A program made the position numbers and the translations under genes. From positions 1,984,001 to 2,048,000 of the forward strand of contig JBNJNM010000008.1 in the NCBI GenBank assembly GCA_052426225.1: 64,000 nt of DNA. The letters are read 5' to 3'. Shown here piece after piece: positions 36,827 through 48,379 of the stretch. Within the stretch, counting starts at the first letter, position 1. The number at the start of each line of letters is the position of its first letter. A model generated the notes under the pieces. That model had not been told where the DNA came from, ran no database searches, and worked only from the letters and a program-made list of their open reading frames with translations. This DNA comes from Zancudomyces culisetae HAW-14-8 (Eukaryota; Fungi; Kickxellomycota).

Positions 36827-39800
36827 TTTTATGTTTTGTTATATCTGGAAACCTGGACTACAGAATCTAAAGAACTGTTTTTTAAAGATTTAATTTATTT
36901 TGACTCTTTCTTCAATTTTCGCCTCGAGTTTTTTTTTTTAGTATCAAAATTTTAGTGATGAAAAATCCTCCAATCATGCCCAAGCGAATTTTTGTAAAAT
37001 GCTTTATTCAACCTTTACTAGTTGGTTGCCAAAACGAAATCGAAAATAACCGAAAAAAAAAATTTTTTTTAATTAGACGAGTGGGCAATTCTTGTGAGAT
37101 AATAAGATGTTGGGGTAGCTTTAGGGCTGAAGTGGAGCAGCAATTCCATAGTCAAGCGTAACCCAAGTAATGTATATTCCATTACTATATATTTGAATTT
37201 GATCAATTGATTTCGGTTAACGTGAATTAGATCCAGTTAGATTTTTACGATAATCCAGCTATTATTAGTTAATAGTTGATAGTCCCAGCTACTAGACACA
37301 GTACCGCAGGATAGAGATGTTTAGTGAAGAGTGATTGATCCCCCCCCCGGACCCCGTGTCGTCTAAACAGGTGTATCAACCCTAGAGGGTCAGTTTCAGT
37401 GTCAGTGTGAAGATCGAGACGACTTTGTTTATAAATAGGTGGATTTATCATTCCTGCCGCTTTATTTTGTTAGTGAGATCTTATAAAAGCATTATTTTTG
37501 GTTTATGGATTGTGCTAATACTAAATATTGACACAACGTGGGAAAAAAATGCAAATGAACGACAAAGTAATAATGTGATTAGTGTTTATTGCAAATCACG
37601 AATGTAATTTATGTCTAAATATCGTGTATAGACGGTACTTGGCATAATTTCATATTTTATAAAGCTAAACACTCCTTCTACCAAAGTATTAACTCCTTTC
37701 TCCCTATTTTTTTTTGCTTGGTGGAGTTGATTTGGAGCTTTTTCTTGCCGCTTAAACTGGAGTTGGTAGAGGCTATACAGCACAAAAAGCTAAAGAAAAC
37801 CCTTGTAGAAATGTAATTCTAGAAAAGATACGCTGTATTTACTTACACTTTTGAACAAACGTATTGCCTTATTTTCATTGAATTACCTCATGTATATATA
37901 GTTTTATGACATTTCTTACTTATCTTTTCAAAGCGCGTGACATGCAGTATTCCTTTAAAGCAAATTAGGCATTATTTTGAAAAATGATACTCCTATAAGT
38001 ATAAAAATAAGTAGTACAATGCAAGTTGAGCCTGTATATAAAAACTACGCCTTTTCAGAGAGTTAGATGGGAATATTACCTTATTCAGACAAGGCTATCC
38101 CCTTATCCATGTGTTAATACTCACTCGATTGACATCATGTCCATTTGGCATAGATGTAGATTGTAGATAGTATATCGTCTACCATTCAAAATGGTCTGGG
38201 GCAGTACAGCCATGTCTAGTCATGTTCGTGTATCAACATCAAAATGAGTGTGTTGCACCACTTTTAAAGACAACGTCCGGATACCCTTCGCAATTATAGA
38301 TATAAAATATGCATTTTTATGCAGTACCAAATCAATTTGTATTTGCAAGTACGCTTGTACAACTGCATGAAAATCCGAATAGCCTGTTAGTATTATATTG
38401 CTGATTGGGATGTCGATCGTGGGTAGGCTCAGTCAAAATACATTCCTTTTACGATGTTTATTCATCCTTGCGACTTTAAAAAGGCTAGAATTTCTAGCTC
38501 AAGTAAAATTTTCCCCAGTTTTAAAAACAAAAGAACTTATATTGACTCCGATCGTTCAGCTATTTTTATGCTTTTACTTTGATATTCATGATATTTTTCT
38601 ATAAATTAGGTGGATAAAAAGACAGGAAAGGGAATAAAAGTCAACCCTTATCGAGGTTTGAGGATATACCTGTCATATTAATTCAAAGAAATCCTACTTC
38701 TATAGGTAGAATCTTGAGCAAGTTGTGGGCCTAGATTTTAATGAGAAAGTAAAAAGGTGATAACAATTGACAAATTCAGCAGTAAATATGAGTGTATTTG
38801 CTACAAATAAATGTACTCAACTGGCTTTTTCATCTATGAGAGAAGGGAGTCTTTGAAAAAGTTTGTTTCTTGCTGAACTTTAAAAAATGGTACCTAGAGC
38901 TAAACTTGTGAATTTTTAAGCATATACATCATAATTTCTTTGTAACGCAATGAAAAGACAACTTAAAACGTAGTACAAAATCAGACTGTGAAAGGTTTTA
39001 AAGCCTTCTTTTTTGTTCACTTGTACCATGAAAACATAAATGTGAGTATCTTGAGCTTGGTATTGGTTAGATGGTGAATTTTAAAACCAAGTGGTATAGA
39101 TTTTACTCTTGTGTTAAAGCTTTGAGAATAATGGTAGTAGATGGAATTCTATTCCAGGTATTTGTATAAATTTGGGGAAACAAGAAAAAACAAACAATCA
39201 AATGCATTTTTTTTCAGCTAATAAAAATGTGTGTTAATAACTGGAAAAACAAACAACATCAACTGATAATCAAAGTGTAAATTTTGTAAGTGCTGGGTAT
39301 ATAGTGGACACATTTGAATCAATCAGTAACTTTATTTGGCTTCGATATTTTTTATTTGTGTGGGTTCGAGGTTCTACTGTTAATCGATTGGTACTTATTT
39401 TTATCATCACAACACTCAAAGTACTTGTAGTCTTGGTTTAAGTGTAGCTTTGCTTTAGTCAGGGTACACTTTAGCTGCGATTTAGTCGTAGTTTATATAT
39501 GGTTTAGGTGTATTTTATATATAATGTATAATATAAATGTGATTAAGTTGTGACTTTGTTTTGTACTCCCCTCTTGCTCATAAGTTTTTTTCTTTCTTTG
39601 CTTCATCTTACCGTTCACTATGGTGTTTTTACTTTGTGGTAAAAACGGAAATGGGCTTTACCATAGTAGGGGAAAATGAAAAAATCTTTTATCTTGTTCT
39701 ATAATCGACCTCAGGTAAATGTTACATACAAAATTAGTTTAACATCAGTGTCAAGTACGATTTAGAGCTTTCATTTTTGTGTAGGGTCCTCTGACCCAAA

Positions 39801-40274
39801 ATATGGGAACATAACGACAATAATAGTAAAAACAAGGTTGAAAACCTTTAAGGCCATTCGCTCGTTGATGATAAAACGTTCTCATCTACTAAGCCCACAT
39901 TTTTATCTAAGAAACCATATACTTGTACAGGGTTTATTTTTGTCTTATGCGGAGCAAAAGTCAGTTAACTGCACAAAGCTAGGGTATAATAATTATTACA
40001 GTCTCAAATACTGTGAAATGGGTATTTTAACATAGAGAGTGAGGATGAACAGTGTTAGTTATTTAAAGTTAGAAAAGCTAAACACTGAAAACTGAAAAAG
40101 TATAAATAGACGCCAAAAGAAAAGAAAAAGAAAAGTTAAAGCACCTATACTTATCATAACTGACCCCTTTATCTTGGCTCTTAAATTGCCTAGCTTAAAC
40201 TTGTTCTATTCCCAGTCCTGATTTTTGCTAAACTATAAAGGGATAAAGAAAGTGGAAAAAATAATAGCGAAAAA

Positions 40275-40775
40275 ATGAACAATCTAGTCCAACAACATCA
40301 CCCAGTATATTTTGTTTCCTCCCAGGTTCATGATACAATTCGTGCACCGGCTAAAAAAAAAATTACCGCAAAGAGAGGACCTTACAATAGCGTGCCTGAC
40401 GAAAAGAGAGAGCGTCTGATCGACCTGGTATTCACACGCGGGTTTTCGGTCAAAAGCGCGGCGGATCTGCTCAAAATCAACAATTCATCAGCATATAAAA
40501 TTGTAAATATTTATGAGAGAGAGGGAAAATTCAAAAAGATGCCAAAGGGGGGAAAGAGACGTGAGGTACTCACAGATGACATTTTAAGCGAAATTCAGAT
40601 GATGGTGTTAATAAACCCAAGATGCACACTCAAAGAGATGAAATATGCATTGGAGTCTCGCAGAGTAGGATTCAAGGCTTCACTATCTACTTTGGATAGA
40701 GGTGTCAAGATTCTAATAGATTCAAACAGAATTTCAAAGAAAAGAAAATATTTCAGTTTCAATCCAAGCCATTAA
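40275..40775 (+). CDS. Homeodomain-like HTH protein of IS630/Tc1 transposase N-terminal type, lacking a DDE domain
   Basis: RGPYNSVPDEKRERLIDLV...SVKSAADLLKINNSSAYKIV...PKGGKR...NPRCTLKEM...SLSTLDR. Good ATG context and TATAAA ~40 bp upstream. Confidence 0.7.
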   Translation: MNNLVQQHHPVYFVSSQVHDTIRAPAKKKITAKRGPYNSVPDEKRERLIDLVFTRGFSVKSAADLLKINNSSAYKIVNIYEREGKFKKMPKGGKRREVLTDDILSEIQMMVLINPRCTLKEMKYALESRRVGFKASLSTLDRGVKILIDSNRISKKRKYFSFNPSH

Positions 40776-42716
40776 GCTGGAAAAAAAACACGTGTTACGT
40801 GTTACGTGTTTAATTTTAATAATTAATATATTGGTGCTAATTCTGTTTTTCACACAATAGTCTAGGATGTTAGTAGTTGTATTGTTAGACAAAAAACTAG
40901 TTCATAATTAAAATAAAAGCGTTACTAAAAAGGCGAGATTATATAGCGGGGTCAGTTTTGGTTTTTATACAGTATTGATTCAGGATAGTGGTGGGTGTAA
41001 ATGCCATTATAAAGACCGTGTCATATTTCTCTTTCAAATGTGTTTTTTTCTCTTTCAAAAAAGGTCTGATGGGAAACATTAAAGATAAAAAGAGAAAAAG
41101 GAGATAGCCGCAACCGTTTGTGGGAGAGGTCAAAAAAATCAAATTATTTCAAGCGAGTTCTATGGTGCTTCAATTCGTCCCAAAAATAGAAACGTTTGAA
41201 TATAATGGGGTATAATCGTGGCGAGTGTGGCTAAGTATCTCTTTTCTAAACGGTATATGACTTTGCAAATGCTATACATTGACTTTCGTGAAATAGTGCA
41301 AATGGTGGATCGTCTAGAAATACTTGACGAGCTGAGCTTTATGCATTTAGAGGATGAACTGGTGCTAAAGCAAAATACCATCGAATCTTTACCACGTCTC
41401 TACCATTCTTTTGTGGAAATTAATATTATGTTAACCGTGTATATATATAGAACAAAAGAATAAGAGGAAGGACTGGTACGATAATGTATCGCCTGTCCTA
41501 CTCCACCCTATCCCCTAATAACAATACAGGATAAAATCCAATCTCATGTAGAGTTTATAGCAAGATTATTCCGATAAATGTTGTATGAAAAATGAGAGTA
41601 TTGGAGAAAAAAGGTGGGATGACAGATGAAAAGAGCCTAAACCTGCTTTGTGTCCAGAACTGTCAAAATATCTAGAGGGAGGGGGGTGAGCTTAGGATAA
41701 TGGTATGAAAACGGATGGTGTTTTTGGAAGACAGGGATGAAGGCAGGTGGTGGGGTTTCATTCGCCGAGCATTTTATTTATGGTATTTGGTAATGCATTT
41801 ATCGCGCACTGCTTGTTGTTAAAAATAGGTCAGGTTCAAAAGCAAGAAAAGGCAGAAAAGAGAAAAAAATGCAAGGAATGGAATCGGAAGGTTAGCCAGA
41901 AAAAAAAAACACATGTATTTTCAGCTTGACAAAATTCTTGTTTTTTTTTTTTTGGCAAAATGGATGCAATGGTTTAAAGGCTGGAAAATTTTTTTTCGAA
42001 GCGATATAATATTTATGTATTTCTGTTTTTATTAAAATGGTTATATTTGGACTTTACGTTTAAATTATTATTTATTTTTATGCCGAATTGTGAAATTGAT
42101 CAGTATTAAAATATAATAAAAAACAAAAACAAAAACAAAACAAAAACAGAAAAATAAAAATTAAAAAATAAAAAAAATAAAAAAAATAAAAAAAATAAAA
42201 ACAAAGTAAAAAGTGTCCGTGAAGAGGTGGATTAGCCAACAAAAGTGCAGGGAAATATAAATCAATCACAAGTTGTGGCTATCATTTTGTTTTTGACAAT
42301 TAGAATTTATGGTCTTGAACCTCAAAAATAAAAATAAAGTAAAAAAAAATTTTTTCAATAAGGGAAAAAGTATACAATTGTGAGTCTTGGTTTAAAGATC
42401 GCAGTGATAAAAAAAATAGGCTATTTTTAAACAAAAAAAAAAGAAAAGCAAAGTAGTAAAACCAGGGAATCTGCAAAAAGAGATAGGTAAGTCAGGGATC
42501 GAGAATATTAGAACAATATTGGATCCAGTTGTGACTATTCCACACCTAAAGGGATATTATACGAGTTGATAATACGAGTAAATAATGAATAAACGGAAAA
42601 TCAAGTTAAATTTGAAAAACCGACTCCTCAAAATTGATATTCAAGAGTATTAAATAATTGTAGAACTTGGAATTCTGCCTGAAGAGAAATAAAAAGCAAA
42701 AAACGAGAAAACGAAA

Positions 42717-44577
42717 ATGCCAGGTAAATATTGAACGGCTCCTACAACCCATGTTATGGTGCAAAAGATATTGATGCATGGATGATTTTACAAAAGTAAA
42801 TAAATGCATCGGATAAAACAAAACATAAAAAACAAAAAATAGCAAAGAAGAAGACCAATAAGGGAGCCAAGTTTACACTAAACGAGTTTCTTAGTACAAC
42901 ACACGGTAAGAGCCAGTATAACTTAATAATGGGAAATGATTTTGCAATAAATAATTACTAAAACAATTTTAAAAAATAAATAGAACAAGGAGGAGGTTCA
43001 TCTTGGGCAGACGATGAGTATGTTCTTCCATCAGCACGTAAGTATTAAATAAATAATTTTAAGTAATCAAATCGATTAATATAGCTCAAAACATAAAATA
43101 TAAATTATAGCGGCCGATAAAGCAGGTAAATTGGAAACTTGAAACGAGAAGTATGAGATAGTTCAATATCTCTTGGATATGGGAAATAACGAGATAAAAT
43201 ATTACACGAAATAGCACGACTGGGTGTGGATAGTGCACCGGATAGAGGCAGTCTTCCATTTCCAGGTGAGATATATAGTGGAGTAAAAAAGATGAATAGA
43301 GACGGATGGTAAAGAGGATAAAGGGAAAGATGCTAAACCTTTTTATTTTGTGTATGATTGTGATAAAATAGATCGAAGACAAGGAGAAAAGCATCCACTT
43401 CCTACAGAACCACCATTCACTGCGTTTTTAGATTCACTTCCATACGATTCCAGCAGAGAGGATTTGGAAAGACTGTTTGGGGCAGATAAGGTAAGATTTT
43501 AAGAAGAAATAGAGAAAATAAGGATAGATAAAAATGTAGGATGGTCAACGGAAATAGATAACAGAAATAAAACTTCTTCAAGACAAGAATTCGGGACAGT
43601 TCAAGGGATCAGCATTGGTAATATTCAACGAATTGGAAGATCTGAAAGAAGCATTGACACATGATGGTGCCGAGCTTAATGGTAGAAGAATCCGTGTGAA
43701 TGTAGCAGAGCCCAGAAGAAGAATGCAAGACCACCGTGGACGTGGAGGCCGAGACGATGATCGAATGTTCACCAGGCAGGAAACCGAAGCCGAAACAGCT
43801 GATTCATGGAGAATGCACAAGGAACAACCACAGTCAGACCACCACCAGCAATTCCGACAGTCAGGAAGCCGAGGTCCACGCAGATTAGGCGAACAAATGC
43901 ACACAGAGGCGGAAAAAACGACAAACTGGAGAGAAAACATGGGAGGTGATCGGTTTGTTCCACACGACGGACCAGACAGCCAAAGATCAGAAAGCCACGG
44001 AGGACAAGACTTTGAAGGAAGAAGACGATACCCGCCTAGACAACAAACCGAGGCTGAGTCAGTTGATTCATGGAGACTTCAAAAAGAACAACCTCATTTT
44101 GAAGAGCAGAGACCACCTCGCCCACCAAGATCCAACTTTAGCGGCGAAGGAAGAGACGCTGAACAACCACGACGACCTGCACCTGCACCTGCACCTGCAA
44201 CTCGCGCCGATCTTAGCGGCCAATGGCGCAGAAAGCCCATTGAGCAACCTTCCGAGTTCTCTCGGCCCTCTCAGCCCTCTCAGCCTGGCCGCGATTCCGA
44301 ATGGCGCCGCCGCCAGCCCCGGAAACCCCGCACCGATGAAGGTGACTTGTGGAGAAAGCCAGAATCCGCCGAATCCCCTGTTGTTGCTACCGAGCCCAGA
44401 GGCATGGCTGCTGATGAACATGCCATCCCTGACTCTGGCGAAACTAGCGAGTGGAACACAGTCTCTTCCCGCAAACCTGCTCCCAAACGCCCACAAAATC
44501 CTCGCTTCTCCGCCCGACAGCCTCCCTCAACCCCTTCCAGACCTGCCCCCGCCGACTCTGGAAACTGGCGCTCTTAA
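42717..44577 (+). CDS. TIF3: Translation initiation factor eIF4B, 7 coding exons
   Basis: Spliced product MPAKKKTNKGAKFTLNEFL...SSWADDEYVLPSAP...LPTEPPFTAFL...RRM (KGSALVIF...LNGRRIRVNVAE), then repeated TEAE...WR units. Confidence 0.88.
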
Positions 44578-44599
44578 AGCCCCCGCTCTTCCTCTAGTG

Positions 44600-46412
44600 T
44601 TAGAATTCTAGCGATGTATAGCTTGGAAACACAAATTTGTCGTCTATTACTTTTTTCAGCTGTTCCTTCATGAAATTTTCTACCGTTTCAACGCTTCTTA
44701 ACACTATATTATTTAATTTCTTGCTATTCTATTATCTATTCTTTTAATTCTTTTTTCTTTTTCCCATTTCTTCTCTTCTCCTTTCTTACTCTGTCTTTAT
44801 ATTATATTTTAAAACTATTATTGTCTAATTATCAAGTTCGACTTACCGTGTTGATGCCCATCTCCTATTTCTGCCCGGATCTTTATATCCTCTGGCAATT
44901 TACTTTGATCTTCCAAAAAACAAAAATTGACAATCCGCTTTGTCCTCGCCTTTGTTTTTTTCTGTGTCTTTGTCTGTGTATTTTGCGTCTCCGTCTTTAC
45001 CACCTTTTCTTTTTCTTTTTCTTTTTCTTTTTCTTCCTCACCTTGATTTCGTTTTTGCTTCTCATCCCTCTTTCTCCGCGATCTTTCAACATTGATCTCT
45101 ATCCCTCCTTGGCCATGGTCTTGGCTGCTTGTGTCCTCCCCCTCCTCTTCCTCATGTTCCACATCTACTCTTTGACCCGCTTTACTCCTTTCACCTTGCC
45201 TTTCGTCCGCTCCTCCCTCTCCCCTTACTTCTTCCTCCTCCTCTTCTTCTTCTTCTTCTTCTTCTTCCTCCTTTTCTTGTTCTTGTTCCAAATACGCGAC
45301 TACCCCTACCGCCATAAACTTCAATTCTGAAATATAACACTTTATCGGAAGTGCCATAAACGAGCTTTCTGGATAGTTAATCAACAGCTCTGCCTGCATA
45401 CTGAATGCAATGTCCCCCTCATACTCTATCTTGAACTCTATCTGTACATCATTTTCCCTTGCCTCCAACGCTCCATCTGCTCCATCTACTTCCTCTCTTC
45501 CATTTTCTCCTTCCCACCACCCCCGGTTCTCTGCCTCATACCCACTTCCTTCTTGTCTATACTGTTGCGCTTCATCCATCTTCATCCCTCTATATCGACT
45601 ATTCCTTCCTCTTTCTTTGTTTTCCTCCTTAATTTTAGCTTCTCTATAACTCTGGATAATCTCATTGCTTGTTTTATATCTATTTGATTGCTGCAATATC
45701 ATTTTTCGAATGCTTTCATTCTTTTCATCCTCAAAATACCCCATTAATCCACTTTCTTCTCTTTCTAACGCACGCCTTCCTCCACTCACTCCTTGTGCAT
45801 ACGATCCACCATAATATATCCTTTCTATACAACTTGCCTCAACATTCCCTCCCGATCCAATACCAACAACCTGTCTGAAAAGCCTCTTGTTCACTATTTG
45901 ATTTTATATATATATAACTTTGTTAATCTATTTTTATTCTTATTTTCGTTTCTGCTTTTTCAACTTACCCGATGACAAAACGCTATATGCTACTGAAGGT
46001 GCCTTTGAAATTGTTGGTGACATTTCCTCTCTAAACCTCTCCCGTTTAATGTGTTCCTGTGTTCGTGCTACAGAATGCTCTTTATTACATTTATACTTTG
46101 TTATTTTTAAAATTCTTGACTCAAATATAATAATAATAATAATCACAACAACACATGCTAATATTTTGTACACCTACCATCAGCCCCAACGTTATCTGTC
46201 TCGTCCTGTGTTGGTAGGTAAAACTCCTCAAATGGTTTGGTAATGTCTGTTAGCTGGATCTTGGGTGCAACAGTGCCAAAATCCAGTGCCAGCACTCGAA
46301 TTTTGCCTATTACTGAGGGCTTTGTCTTGCGTTCAAAGTACTCATTCAACTTTGAAACAAGCTCCTGTGCTATCTTTTCATCCAGTTTGTCCCAGTTAAC
46401 TAGTATCGACAT
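44600..46412 (-). CDS. MDM12: ERMES subunit Mdm12 (SMP domain), ~4 exons; last exon 44703-44600
   Basis: MSILVNWDKL, LDFGTVAPKIQLTDITKPFEEFY, LLINYPESSFMALPIK, IRAEIG, spliced tail VLRSVETVENFMKEQLKKVIDDKFVFPSYTSLEF. Confidence 0.9.
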
Positions 46413-47976
46413 TTTCTCACTATCTTTTGGCTATCGTTAGTCGTACGTACTGTTATTAGACACCCTATTCTTCCCTATTCTTCCCTCAATTCAACCAAAT
46501 TTTACCCGAAACACTGCTATTTTTTGTTTCTTTTTCTTTCCTTTTTCGCTATTTCTTGGACTTTACCAGTGGTACTTCAGAGTGTAAGAGATACTTTCTA
46601 TTTGTACTGTGGCCTGAATTAAATATCAATGTGTAAGCTTTTCTGAGCAATTTTTTACTGAAGTGGAAATTGTGTAATCGAAAAAAATAAAAGAAAAACG
46701 TGATTTGGTTTGTGGCAATTTTGTTTTCCAATGATATCAATGGATATATTGCACAACAAACTCTATATATATAAATGAGCTGTAAAGTCAAGCTGTTTCT
46801 TTTGTGTAGTAGCTAATGATATTCAGCAATGCGATACAGACAACGCTCACAAACTCTTGTAGCATGTTTATCATATCATCATTATATCAAAAATACTCAA
46901 ACACCGATATTCCAGTTTCTGCATTGAAGGAAATAGACATTACTCCGCTCTTTATAGTTCTTGTTCTTTGATGTAAATAGTGTGACGGGTTGACTGTGAA
47001 GTAGTAACACTTCTAGTTCAATTTTATATCGTTGTAAACCATAAGCTATAAATTTTTCTCTCCACCCCTCTATGCTAAACAGCTTTTGAACTCCTTATTT
47101 ATTTAATTTGGTACATCATTTTTTTTTGTGGGAGTCTACACATTTGTTTCATTAAATATTTTGCCTGAATGAGAAAATGTCAGTAAAAGTAACTGCTACA
47201 TTTACAAAAAAGAAAAGGGCAATAATGGATAATTGCAAAGACTCGGTTGCTTCACCTGTTAAGAAGAGAGGTGTCAAAATATCATTCTTGATCGGGCTGA
47301 ACATAGCAAGATTCCTCCTGGATCAACTCAGGACAGAAAGAGATATGTCAGATAGATACTGTGTATGATTATTTTTTGTAGCATTTTAGGTGGTTTTTGT
47401 TTAATAAGCTCATTGAGCAAAAAGTAAAACTAATAAAAAAAACAGCTTTAACCAATTGAAATCAGTAACTATATTATTGTTGTTATTACTGCAGTTCTAT
47501 AGTTTACTATCAGAAAAAAAAAGTGGTAAATAAACGAAATGCATTACGCAAGGCAAATAAACGCCAGGCAAAACAAATCGAGACAATTATCCCTTGTTTA
47601 CAGTTTTTTGTTTTCGTGTACAAGATACTCAGCCAGCCAATCCATTTTCTTTTCATCAGGTAAATAGCGTTGTGAGCTTGCAACCGTTTCTACAATTACA
47701 AACTTTCAAACCCAACTAACCACCATCATTCCTCAATAATGTAAAGATTAAAGTAAACACCATGTATTATGATATTTGAACAAAAAAAAACTCCATTCGT
47801 CCTTTTCTTTTTCTTCGAAGATTGGAGCTGAATGCACAAAAAGCTGAAGAATGTGTTTAAAGGCAAAATAAATAACAAAAACAAATAAACTGGGCGATTT
47901 AAACAACCCCTCTAAACAACACACTATTTAATATGTTTAGTTGAATGAAATGAAAACTTATTATTATTATGCGAAC

Positions 47977-48250
47977 ATCCAGATACAATTATGTGTGTAC
48001 CAATCTTTATTATAAATCGAAAATTCTTTCCTAGATACTATTTTTATCGATTAATCCATTACCTTAAAATTTGGTAAAAAATTAAATCGATAAAAAGAGT
48101 GTTTAAATTTAGAAACTTTATACGTAATGATGTGTGTAATGACAGACATCACTGTATAATTTTTATAAAATAAGTAAAACTAACTAAATAAAATAAATTT
48201 AAACCATATATAAACTGATGTCCCCTGTTACCTGATGAATCTTTACCATC
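47977..48250. repeat. DIRS 3' ITR (plus ~48 nt terminal extension 47929-47976)
   Basis: Reverse complement of 52175-52448; only one mismatch seen, near the inner edge. Confidence 0.93.
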
Positions 48251-48282
48251 GTTGAGCTAGGTATGGGTGGGAATTGGGTGGG

Positions 48283-48379
48283 ACATAATTGTATCTGGAT
48301 GTTCGCATAATAATAATAAGTTTTCATTTCATTCAACTAAACATATTATTATGCTTCACTTATCCAGATACAATTATGT
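48283..48379. repeat. DIRS internal complementary region (ICR)
   Basis: First part is the reverse complement of 47929-47994, second part of 52431-52462. Bounded by an 18 bp inverted repeat; overlaps the YR stop codon. Confidence 0.93.

Noticed and set aside
37280-37293. TAGTCCCAGCTACT match to the 7SL/Alu domain
   Set aside because: No SRP 5' end or helix-8 motif follows; a 14-nt match is probably chance.
41218-41463. 81-aa ORF as the DDE half of the HTH transposase
   Set aside because: No DDE-type motifs, and separated from the HTH ORF by noncoding sequence.
44821-45330. Poly-Phe hydrophobic ORF on the + strand
   Set aside because: Antisense shadow of the Mdm12 poly-Glu/(GAA)n region.
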